In this document: piece after piece, positions 53,723-61,079 of the stretch
Layout: each line of letters starts with the position of its first letter
Numbering within the stretch: the stretch's first letter is position 1
From: a virus
Lineage: Duplodnaviria; Caudoviricetes
Virus record (IMG/VR): IMGVR_UViG_3300027586_000007
Span: 1 to 64,000 of that record
Reading direction: 5' to 3' (one strand)
Length of the DNA stretch: 64,000 nt
The notes under the pieces: model-generated
Database searches by the model: none
The model's input: only the letters and a program-made list of their open reading frames with translations
Told to the model about the DNA's origin: nothing
Made by a program: the position numbers and the translations under genes

Positions 53723-55525
53723 ATGTCATTAGACTTTTCAGAATTTATAGAAATCCTTGACGGAGAAGAGTTTGAGGAAAAGCCAGTAGACCTACAGACT
53801 TTTGTAACTAGCCCCGACTATCTTGGCCTGCCTCCGCTTTCAGAAAATCAGTATACTCTTATAGAAAGAAGCTCCCAGATATATAAGGAGTCTACTTTAA
53901 TAAAGCTGTATGGCGAAGAGCTTGGCAAAAAACTATTTAAGCAAACCTGTGTTGAAGTTATTGCACAGTTAGGAAAAGGATCTGGCAAAGACTACTCGTC
54001 AACAATTGCAGTTGCATATATAGTACATTTACTATTATGTCTAAAAGACCCAGCGGCCTATTATGGTAAGCCACCCAGAGATGCAATTGATATTTTAAAT
54101 ATTGCAATAAACTCACAACAAGCAAACAATGTTTTCTTTAAGGGATTCAAGATGAGAATTGAAGTTTCCCCATGGTTTGCTGGGAAATATACCGACAAGG
54201 CATCAGAAATTAAATTTGATAAATCAATTACAGTTCATTCAGGCCACTCAGAAAGAGAAGCTTGGGAAGGGTACAACGTTCTAGTAGTGATACTTGACGA
54301 GATATCAGGCTTTGCAACAGAAAATACTAGCGGTCACGATCAAGCAAAAACAGCAGACGCCATATACGATATGTATAGAGCTTCGGTTGACTCTCGTTTT
54401 CCAGATGTAGGTAAAGTTATTTTACTATCTTTCCCACGCTTCAAAAATGACCCTATACAAAAATTTTATGAATCAGTAATAGCGGAAAAAGAAACAATTA
54501 TTAGAACAGAAATATTGAAGCTGGATCAAGATTTGCCAGACGGCACAGAAGGCAATGAGTTTGAGGTGGCATGGGAAGAAGATCATATAGTTTCTTATGT
54601 TTATCCCAGAGTGTTTGCACTTAAGAGACCAACATGGGAAGTAAATCCAACAAAAAAAATAACAGATTTTACTGTTGCTTTTCATAAGAATGCGCCAGAT
54701 GCACTTGGTAGATTTGCTTGTATGCCATCAGATGCTGTAGATGCATTTTTTAAGTCTAGAGAAAAAATTGAGAAGGCTTTTAACCAAGCTAGCTTAGCCG
54801 TAGATAAATTTGGAAGACTTGAAGATTGGTTTAAGCCAGATCTAGAAAAAGATTATTTTATACATGTAGACTTAGCCCAGAAGCACGACCATTGTGCAGT
54901 AGCTATGGGACATGTTAATAAGTGGGTAGAGGTAAAAGTTACAGATACCTACTCCCAGCCAGCCCCTATTGTAGAAATTGATGCAGTTAGATTTTGGACA
55001 CCAACCCCAGATAAATCTGTTGATTTTACTGAAGTAAAAGACTACATCCTTGCACTAAGAACTAGAGGGTTTAACATTAAGATGTGTACTTTTGACAGAT
55101 GGAACTCTCACGATATGATGCAACAACTAAAACAATATGGCATCAATACAGAGATTCTGTCTGTCGCTAAAAAACATTATGACGATATGGCTATGGTAAT
55201 TTTAGAAGAAAGACTATCTGGTCCACACATACCCTTGCTTATAGATGAGTTGCTTCAGTTGAGAATTATGAGAGACAAGGTTGATCACCCAAGAAAAGGT
55301 TCAAAGGATTTAGCAGATGCTGTATGCGGAGCAGTATATAATTCAATTAGTAGAACCAGAATGCGTAGAGACGAAGAAATAAAAATTCATGACTATGAAT
55401 CTATGAGCTATGACAATGATTTTGGAGTCAGCGATGGCGAAGTAGAAAATGTATACAATATGATTAGGGCGCCAAGAATGCCTGAGAGCTTAGCAAGATC
55501 AATAGAAAATATGGAGATAATATGA
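53723..55525 (+). CDS. terL: Terminase large subunit
   Basis: GKGSGKD Walker A, VILDEISGF Walker B, LLSFPR, HVDLA...DH nuclease, KDLADAV. Confidence 0.9.
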   Translation: MSLDFSEFIEILDGEEFEEKPVDLQTFVTSPDYLGLPPLSENQYTLIERSSQIYKESTLIKLYGEELGKKLFKQTCVEVIAQLGKGSGKDYSSTIAVAYIVHLLLCLKDPAAYYGKPPRDAIDILNIAINSQQANNVFFKGFKMRIEVSPWFAGKYTDKASEIKFDKSITVHSGHSEREAWEGYNVLVVILDEISGFATENTSGHDQAKTADAIYDMYRASVDSRFPDVGKVILLSFPRFKNDPIQKFYESVIAEKETIIRTEILKLDQDLPDGTEGNEFEVAWEEDHIVSYVYPRVFALKRPTWEVNPTKKITDFTVAFHKNAPDALGRFACMPSDAVDAFFKSREKIEKAFNQASLAVDKFGRLEDWFKPDLEKDYFIHVDLAQKHDHCAVAMGHVNKWVEVKVTDTYSQPAPIVEIDAVRFWTPTPDKSVDFTEVKDYILALRTRGFNIKMCTFDRWNSHDMMQQLKQYGINTEILSVAKKHYDDMAMVILEERLSGPHIPLLIDELLQLRIMRDKVDHPRKGSKDLADAVCGAVYNSISRTRMRRDEEIKIHDYESMSYDNDFGVSDGEVENVYNMIRAPRMPESLARSIENMEII

Positions 55526-55758
55526 GCGAGTACCAAGAGAGAGCAAAAGAATGTAAGTGTTGCACAAAACACGTACCCCTTCCAACAACACTAAAAAGAT
55601 ATAATAAGATTACTTTATGTCCAACAACATACTATAATGTTATTGAATATAAAAGAATATGGGAGTCGTACGGATCTAGGCCAGCAGGTAATGTTAGAAA
55701 ACATTTTTCAGAATACGTACAGCAAATAGTAGAGTCTACTATTGACACATCTGAATAA
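55522..55758 (+). CDS. Hypothetical Cys-containing protein
   Basis: AKECKCCTKHVPLPT...LCPT; ATGA overlap. Confidence 0.6.
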   Translation: MSEYQERAKECKCCTKHVPLPTTLKRYNKITLCPTTYYNVIEYKRIWESYGSRPAGNVRKHFSEYVQQIVESTIDTSE

Positions 55759-55769
55759 TATAGTACAAT
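55742..55769 (+). promoter_or_regulatory. Promoter TTGACA-N16-TACAAT for tRNA
   Basis: tRNA begins 9 nt downstream. Confidence 0.65.
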
Positions 55770-55778
55770 TAAGCTAAA

Positions 55779-55852
55779 GTGCCAATAGCTTAGTTGGTTA
55801 AAGCCCCGAACTCATAATTCGGTAATCGTAGGTTCAAGTCCTACTTGGCACA
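55779..55852 (+). tRNA. tRNA with CAT anticodon (Ile2-lysidine type or elongator Met)
   Basis: Acceptor GTGCCAA/TTGGCAC, D-arm GCTT/AAGC, anticodon arm CCGAA-CTCATAA-TTCGG, T-arm GTAGG-TTCAAGT-CCTAC; no encoded CCA. Confidence 0.9.
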
Positions 55853-55871
55853 CATGAAACGGGAGGAAAAA

Positions 55872-56471
55872 ATGAACGACAATTATTTCTTAGACTTAGG
55901 TCTAAACAAGATAGGCCTTAACATATATGTATATAAAAACTTTTTATCCATAGATGAGATTGAAAGCTTGACAGTTCTATTTGATGAGGTAAAGCAAAAC
56001 TCATTATTTGATCCAGGTTTGGTCGGCACACCTTTTGAAAATAAGGTCTCTGTCCCACTCAAAGAGATGGAGCCAGTTTTGGATAAGGCAAAATCTTTGT
56101 TCGGGTCTACATTTTCACTTCATCCAAACACGTCGGTAAATGTTATGCGTGAAGGTGATGAATGGGGACAGCACTCAGACAATCATGATTTTATTGAAAA
56201 AAGAAATTTAAGTTTATTGTTAAAAGACGGAGAGCCATACGAAGTAGTTCAAGACACCAAATACGGTATAGTAGTTTATTTTAATGAAGTAGAAGAGGGT
56301 GGAGAGCTTTATTATTCTAATCAGGATATAACTTATTCTCCAAGCCCAGGGGACTTAATTGTTCACAGTGCAGAAGAAGATTGTATGCATGGGGTAAATA
56401 CAATTATCCGTGGACACAGGTATTCCTATTCAAATTTCCTTTCTACTGATCTTAAAATACCATCTAATTAA
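55872..56471 (+). CDS. 2OG-Fe(II) oxygenase, P4H-like
   Basis: HSDN...YFNEVEEGGELYY...HGVNTIIRGHRY; start set at ATG 55872 after GGAGG (the track start lies inside the tRNA). Confidence 0.82.
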   Translation: MNDNYFLDLGLNKIGLNIYVYKNFLSIDEIESLTVLFDEVKQNSLFDPGLVGTPFENKVSVPLKEMEPVLDKAKSLFGSTFSLHPNTSVNVMREGDEWGQHSDNHDFIEKRNLSLLLKDGEPYEVVQDTKYGIVVYFNEVEEGGELYYSNQDITYSPSPGDLIVHSAEEDCMHGVNTIIRGHRYSYSNFLSTDLKIPSN

Positions 56472-56475
56472 TAAA

Positions 56476-56548
56476 GCCTTCGTAGCTCAGGGGATAGAGC
56501 AACTGCCTTCTAAGCAGTAGGTCGCAGGTTCAATTCCTGCCGACGGCA
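56476..56548 (+). tRNA. tRNA-Arg (TCT)
   Basis: GCCTTCG/CGACGGC acceptor (one T-C mismatch), ACTGC-CTTCTAA-GCAGT anticodon arm, GCAGG-TTCAATT-CCTGC T-arm. Confidence 0.9.
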
Positions 56549-56573
56549 CAGCATGTTTTTTTAATGCTATAAA

Positions 56574-56582
56574 TGCTATAAT
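56574..56582 (+). promoter_or_regulatory. Extended -10 TGCTATAAT
   Basis: Upstream of the endolysin RBS AAGGAG. Confidence 0.6.
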
Positions 56583-56614
56583 GATAAAAATAGATATACT
56601 AAAAGGAGAATAAA

Positions 56615-57208
56615 ATGGCAGCAGTACAGGGATCAGCAGCAAGACTAGTAGAGGTAGCGCTAGCAGAAGTTGGAACTATTGAAGGACCAAAAGATAATGA
56701 AACAAAGTATGGTAAGTTTACAAAGTCAAACTTTCAACCATGGTGTGGATCATTTGTTATGTGGTGTGCAGATCAAGCAGGAGTAAAAGTTCCTAATACA
56801 GTATATACACCAGCAGGAGCACAAGCATTTATTAAGGCAGGAACATGGCAGATGGCGGAAGTAGCAACACCAGAAGTCGGAGATATTGCTTATTTTGATT
56901 TCCCATCAGACGGAGTAGACAGAATTTCTCACGTAGGAATTGTTGTTGGTGTTAATACAGATGGCACAGTAGATGTTGTAGAAGGAAATACATCTTCAGA
57001 TAAGAAAGGCGATCAGAGAAATGGCGGAGAATGCTGTCTTAAGAATCGTGCATACAAGAAGAAGAATGGATCAAAGCTTCGTAGAAGCCAGATTGTAGGC
57101 ATTGTAGGATTTGGACGACCAAAATTTGGACAAGCAGTTAAGCCGAAGGTAGACAAGCCAGTGGTTAAGAAGGCTGCAGCAAAGCCAACAACAGTAAAAA
57201 AGAAGTAA
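56615..57208 (+). CDS. CHAP-domain endolysin/amidase
   Basis: QPWCGSFVMWC...SHVGIV...VEGNT; Lys/Pro-rich tail. Confidence 0.85.
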   Translation: MAAVQGSAARLVEVALAEVGTIEGPKDNETKYGKFTKSNFQPWCGSFVMWCADQAGVKVPNTVYTPAGAQAFIKAGTWQMAEVATPEVGDIAYFDFPSDGVDRISHVGIVVGVNTDGTVDVVEGNTSSDKKGDQRNGGECCLKNRAYKKKNGSKLRRSQIVGIVGFGRPKFGQAVKPKVDKPVVKKAAAKPTTVKKK

Positions 57209-57212
57209 TAAA

Positions 57213-58256
57213 ATTAAAAAGAATACTTCTGTCAACGGGCTATGCTTTGATGATATCTTGCTTTTGCCCAATGACTCTTCACCGTTGCTAAGTAGATCCC
57301 ATATAGATCTAACTACCAAAATAGGTAATCCCAACAACCCAGAGGCAATTATAGAGTTTGAATCTCCAATAATTTCTGCTCCGATGGAATCAATTTCTTC
57401 AAGAGAAATGTTTTCTATTTTGGTAACTTCTGGGTGTATAGTGACAACGGTTAGAACTGACTCAATAGATTCAAAAATTCAAAAGTCTTTAGAAGTTAAT
57501 CCAAAAAGAGTTGCTGTTACCATAAAAGTAAAAGATGTTTATAATGATGAGGCCATTAATAAAATTATAAAAAGTAATATAAAAATAATATTACTGGATG
57601 TAGCTAATGGCCACTTAAAGTTAGTTGCTGATGCAATATCTCATCTAAGAGAAATTGTTCCTAGATCAATGCATATTATGTGCGGGAACGTATCTTCATA
57701 TGGGGCATACAAAATGCTTATGGATGCTGGATGTGATTCAGTTAGAGTTGGAATTGGAGGAGGTGCAGCATGCACTACTCGAATAATGACTGGCTTTGGA
57801 GCACCAACACTTTCTTCTATAATGAACATTTATGAAATGGTAAAAGATGACGAAGTTAACGGTATAATTGCAGACGGTGGCATTAAGACATCTGGAGACA
57901 TTGTAAAGGCTTTAGGAGCTGGAGCAAGCGCCGTAATGCTTGGGTATATGTTGGCAGGTCACGACGAATGTACTTCAGAAAACGGAGAGTATTCATTAAT
58001 AGGACTTGGATCGAAAGAGTTTGCTGCAAGAGAAGAAGGAATATCTAATGTTAAAAACCCTATATTTAATTTTGAAGGAGTTGCTGGAAAGATAGAGTCT
58101 AGGGGACCAGCATTTGAAGGACTATGGAATATACTAAACAATACCAAAAGTGCATTTACTTATTCTGGCGCAGGTAATATTAAAGAACTTCAAAATAATT
58201 TGCAGTATATAGAAGTCTCGCCACAATCTATAAAAGAATCGGGAAGTAGGATATAA
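57213..58256 (+). CDS. IMPDH/GMP-reductase family oxidoreductase (probable non-canonical ATT start)
   Basis: RVGIGGGAACTTR catalytic Cys loop, IIADGGIK, GAGASAVMLG; the conserved N-terminal GLCFDDILLLP lies upstream of the first TTG (57258). Confidence 0.85.
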   Translation: MKKNTSVNGLCFDDILLLPNDSSPLLSRSHIDLTTKIGNPNNPEAIIEFESPIISAPMESISSREMFSILVTSGCIVTTVRTDSIDSKIQKSLEVNPKRVAVTIKVKDVYNDEAINKIIKSNIKIILLDVANGHLKLVADAISHLREIVPRSMHIMCGNVSSYGAYKMLMDAGCDSVRVGIGGGAACTTRIMTGFGAPTLSSIMNIYEMVKDDEVNGIIADGGIKTSGDIVKALGAGASAVMLGYMLAGHDECTSENGEYSLIGLGSKEFAAREEGISNVKNPIFNFEGVAGKIESRGPAFEGLWNILNNTKSAFTYSGAGNIKELQNNLQYIEVSPQSIKESGSRI

Positions 58257-58663
58257 TGTTTGAATACTATGTTAAAAAAGTAAATAAGGTAGTTGATGGA
58301 GACACTATAGATGTTGAAATTGACCTAGGCTTTGATATATCTTTTAGTTCTAGAGTAAGGCTTGCTGGGATAGATACCCCAGAAAGCAGAACAACAGATA
58401 AAGCGGAGAAGGCCCTAGGCCTTGAAGCCAAGGCTTACGTAAAAAACCAGATTGATTCTGCAAAAACAGTTGTGATCAAAACTGAAAAGATGGACAGTTC
58501 TGAAAAGTATGGAAGAATTTTAGGATGGGTATTTTTAGATAACTCATCTGTGTCATTAAATCAAAAGATGATTGATGACGGATATGCTTGGGGATACCTT
58601 GGCGATACAAAAGTAAAGGATTTTGAAGCACTTGCTAAAGCAAGATCAAAGTCTAAAAAATAA
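58256..58663 (+). CDS. Thermonuclease (SNase-like)
   Basis: VVDGDTI...RVRLAGIDTPE...EKYGRIL. Confidence 0.88.
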   Translation: MFEYYVKKVNKVVDGDTIDVEIDLGFDISFSSRVRLAGIDTPESRTTDKAEKALGLEAKAYVKNQIDSAKTVVIKTEKMDSSEKYGRILGWVFLDNSSVSLNQKMIDDGYAWGYLGDTKVKDFEALAKARSKSKK

Positions 58664-58664
58664 C

Positions 58665-58694
58665 TTGCAGTTTTAGTCACCTAAATGCTATAAT
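58665..58694 (+). promoter_or_regulatory. Promoter TTGCAG-N18-TATAAT for hsp20
   Basis: TG-extended -10. Confidence 0.7.
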
Positions 58695-58696
58695 GT

Positions 58697-58753
58697 ATTA
58701 GTACCTGCCAAATGGGGGTACTAATTTAACTCGCTTAAAAGGAGCATAAAATG
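58697..58753 (+). promoter_or_regulatory. ROSE-like RNA thermometer candidate in hsp20 5' UTR
   Basis: Hairpin ATTAGTACC...GGTACTAAT, then CTCGCTTAAAAGGAG in which U(C)GCU pairs with the SD leaving a bulged G. Confidence 0.55.
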
Positions 58754-59167
58754 GTAACACAATTTGCAATGGATCTTTTCAAGGATCCATTTTTTATTGG
58801 TTTCAACCGAGAGTTGGAACGATTTAACAGTCTAAGTAAGGTAAACAATACAGCTTTTCCGCCGTATGACTTATTGAAGTTAGATGAGGATAACTATCAA
58901 CTGTCTTTGGCAGTTGCTGGATTCACAAGAGATGATCTAACTGTATCTATTGAAGATGGAAGTCTTTGGATTACAGGTGAAATCAAAGAGGTAATTGACG
59001 CAGAGGTTGTTCATAAAGGAATAGCTGCACGTAAGTTTACAAGAATCTTTGAGCTTAGTGAATACATGGAAGTATCCAATGTCGAGCTAAAAGATGGAAT
59101 GCTACACATTAATGTAGTAAGAAACATCCCAAAGGAAAAGCAACCAAAAGTCCTAAAAATTAAATAA
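58751..59167 (+). CDS. Small heat shock protein (Hsp20/IbpA-like)
   Basis: FPPYDLLK...LAVAGF...HKGIAARKFTRIFEL...LKDGMLHI. Confidence 0.92.
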   Translation: MVTQFAMDLFKDPFFIGFNRELERFNSLSKVNNTAFPPYDLLKLDEDNYQLSLAVAGFTRDDLTVSIEDGSLWITGEIKEVIDAEVVHKGIAARKFTRIFELSEYMEVSNVELKDGMLHINVVRNIPKEKQPKVLKIK

Positions 59168-59259
59168 CATTCTGTACGTCGGTGGACATCGGGATATGTA
59201 GGAAGCGTACAGTATGCACCTGAGCATGTGTTTAAAAGGCTCACTAACTAAGGAGAATT

Positions 59260-60027
59260 ATGATTATTCAGATTATGGGGCTACCAGGCTCGGGCAAGAC
59301 AGAGCTTGCAAAAGCATTAAAAGAACGCATTAACGCTATACATCTTAACGCCGATGAAGTAAGAGCAACAGTTAACTCAGACCTTGCGTTTACCATAGAG
59401 GACAGAATAGAGCACTCAAGACGAATGGGAGAAATGGCAAGATTAATTTCTAATCAGGGTGTTGCCCCAGTTGTAGTTGATTTTGTTTGTCCTACAAAAA
59501 GCACAAGAGATGCTTTTGGCAAACCAGACATTTTAATTTTTATGGATACAATTCAAGAAGGTAGATTTGAAGATACCAATAAAATGTTTGATCCACCAAA
59601 GGAAACAGAGTCAGATATGGTTTTTACAGATCACCTCTTTAATGCAAATCAAAAAGCTGAATTAATAGCTAAACATTTTCATTTACACGATTGGTCAGCA
59701 CCAACCACACTAATGCTTGGAAGATATCAGCCATGGCATGAAGGGCACCATGCTCTTTATCAAGAGGCTGGCAAAAGAACAAACCAAGTTCTTCTTGGAG
59801 TCAGAAATACATATAACACAGATGATAAGAATCCGCTTAAGTTTGATGAAGTAAAAGAATATATTGCAAAAGATGAATTTATGGCTGGCGCCTTGGTTTT
59901 GAGACTACCTAATATTACTAACATAGTTTATGGCAGAGATGTAGGATATAAGATTGAGCAAGTCTCGTTAGGAGCAGAAATTGAAGCTATCAGTGCTACG
60001 CAAAAACGTGAAGAAATGGGTCTCTAA
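59260..60027 (+). CDS. APS-kinase-like P-loop kinase fused to HxGH nucleotidyltransferase
   Basis: GLPGSGKT, LNADEVR, FTIEDRIEHSRR, VVDFVCP; then LGRYQPWHEGH. Confidence 0.8.
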   Translation: MIIQIMGLPGSGKTELAKALKERINAIHLNADEVRATVNSDLAFTIEDRIEHSRRMGEMARLISNQGVAPVVVDFVCPTKSTRDAFGKPDILIFMDTIQEGRFEDTNKMFDPPKETESDMVFTDHLFNANQKAELIAKHFHLHDWSAPTTLMLGRYQPWHEGHHALYQEAGKRTNQVLLGVRNTYNTDDKNPLKFDEVKEYIAKDEFMAGALVLRLPNITNIVYGRDVGYKIEQVSLGAEIEAISATQKREEMGL

Positions 60028-60076
60028 AATTTGGGACTTTGTAACAAAAGATAATAATATTGAGTGGCCATCATGA
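60008..60076 (+). CDS. Possible 22-aa peptide (not in track)
   Basis: GTG start; VKKWVSKIWDFVTKDNNIEWPS; fills the gap and ends in an ATGA overlap. Confidence 0.3.
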   Translation: MKKWVSKIWDFVTKDNNIEWPS

Positions 60077-60276
60077 ATGTAAGTAAACAAAGATCAGCAT
60101 TAAAGGCTGTTACTTGGCGTATCATTGGCACAGCAGATACCTTTGTTATATCTTGGGTTATAACTAAAGAGCCTGTTACAGCAGGAGCAATAGCAAGCTT
60201 TGAGGTATTTACAAAAACTATACTTTATTATTTTCATGAACGTGGGTGGAATAAAGTTAAGTGGGGTAGAAAGTAA
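60073..60276 (+). CDS. DUF2061-like small membrane protein
   Basis: RSALKAVTWRIIGTADTF...TKTILYYFHERGW. Confidence 0.75.
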   Translation: MNVSKQRSALKAVTWRIIGTADTFVISWVITKEPVTAGAIASFEVFTKTILYYFHERGWNKVKWGRK

Positions 60277-60461
60277 TGCCAATATATGAATACAAATGCT
60301 CGTATGACGATGCACATCCGATAATGTCAATAAACAGATCTATTACAGATGCAGATCCAGGATATGCCTGTGTTGAATGTGAGTCCAGCATGACGAGACA
60401 TTTCACGCCGTTTGGAATTCAATTTAAGGGCAATGGGTTTTATAAAACCGATAATAGGTAA
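60276..60461 (+). CDS. FmdB-like zinc-ribbon protein
   Basis: MPIYEYKC...CVEC...FKGNGFYKTD. Confidence 0.8.
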   Translation: MPIYEYKCSYDDAHPIMSINRSITDADPGYACVECESSMTRHFTPFGIQFKGNGFYKTDNR

Positions 60462-61049
60462 TTAAAATAGTTTGTTGTTTATTGCAAAGCACGGCACAGT
60501 GTATTTGTCGTCATTAAATATTTGAGTAACTTCATGCTCATATTCTTCTGAGCCAGGGTGACAAAGCAAAGAATTCTGTTTTGGTTTCATTCTTATATTT
60601 TTATTAGGGTAGCAAACCTCACCGCCGTCGTAACTATCATTAATATAATAGTTTAAACCTAAAAATATTGCAGTGGTGTTAGAGTCTACGCCACCAGATT
60701 CATTAATAAATCCATAATCATCAGAATGTCTTCCGAATGATAGTTCGCTGTTGTTGTCAGATTCATTATATTTTTTAAATTTGGTGATAGACATTCTTTT
60801 ACCAATGCTATGAATGTCGTTGTTACAAAGGTCTTCTAATTTAAAGGTAAGTTCTTCCCAGGCTAAACGATACGATTCTTTTAATTCCAGGCCGTACATA
60901 TTAAAGGCCCCTCTATTTAAAAAGAAATCTTCCTTATATTCAAATTTATTATCATATTCCTTACACATATCTAAAAAAGAATTAAATGAGGCGTCAGATA
61001 GAAAATTGTCTATATAAAATATTTGATCGTCTAGATATATTTTTTCCAT
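60462..61049 (-). CDS. 2OG-Fe(II) oxygenase, P4H-like (only convincing minus-strand gene)
   Basis: HSDD...YINDSYDGGEVCYP...HEVTQIFNDDKY. Confidence 0.82.
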   Translation of the reverse strand: MEKIYLDDQIFYIDNFLSDASFNSFLDMCKEYDNKFEYKEDFFLNRGAFNMYGLELKESYRLAWEELTFKLEDLCNNDIHSIGKRMSITKFKKYNESDNNSELSFGRHSDDYGFINESGGVDSNTTAIFLGLNYYINDSYDGGEVCYPNKNIRMKPKQNSLLCHPGSEEYEHEVTQIFNDDKYTVPCFAINNKLF

Positions 61050-61055
61050 ATACCT

Positions 61056-61073
61056 ATTGTATCATGCTATAAT
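61056..61073. promoter_or_regulatory. Back-to-back divergent extended -10 promoters, both leaderless
   Basis: Plus TGCTATAAT 61065-73 (6 nt to ATG 61080); minus TGATACAAT 61064-56 (6 nt to ATG 61049). Confidence 0.75.
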
Positions 61074-61079
61074 AGAGGT

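Noticed and set aside
44477-55525. Inteins, introns or homing endonucleases in dnaE, recA or terL (also checked dnaB)
   Set aside because: Lengths are normal, motifs are contiguous, and no Hint or LAGLIDADG/HNH insertions are visible.
55845-55871. Track start of the oxygenase at 55845
   Set aside because: It falls inside the tRNA acceptor stem; ATG 55872 has a GGAGG RBS.
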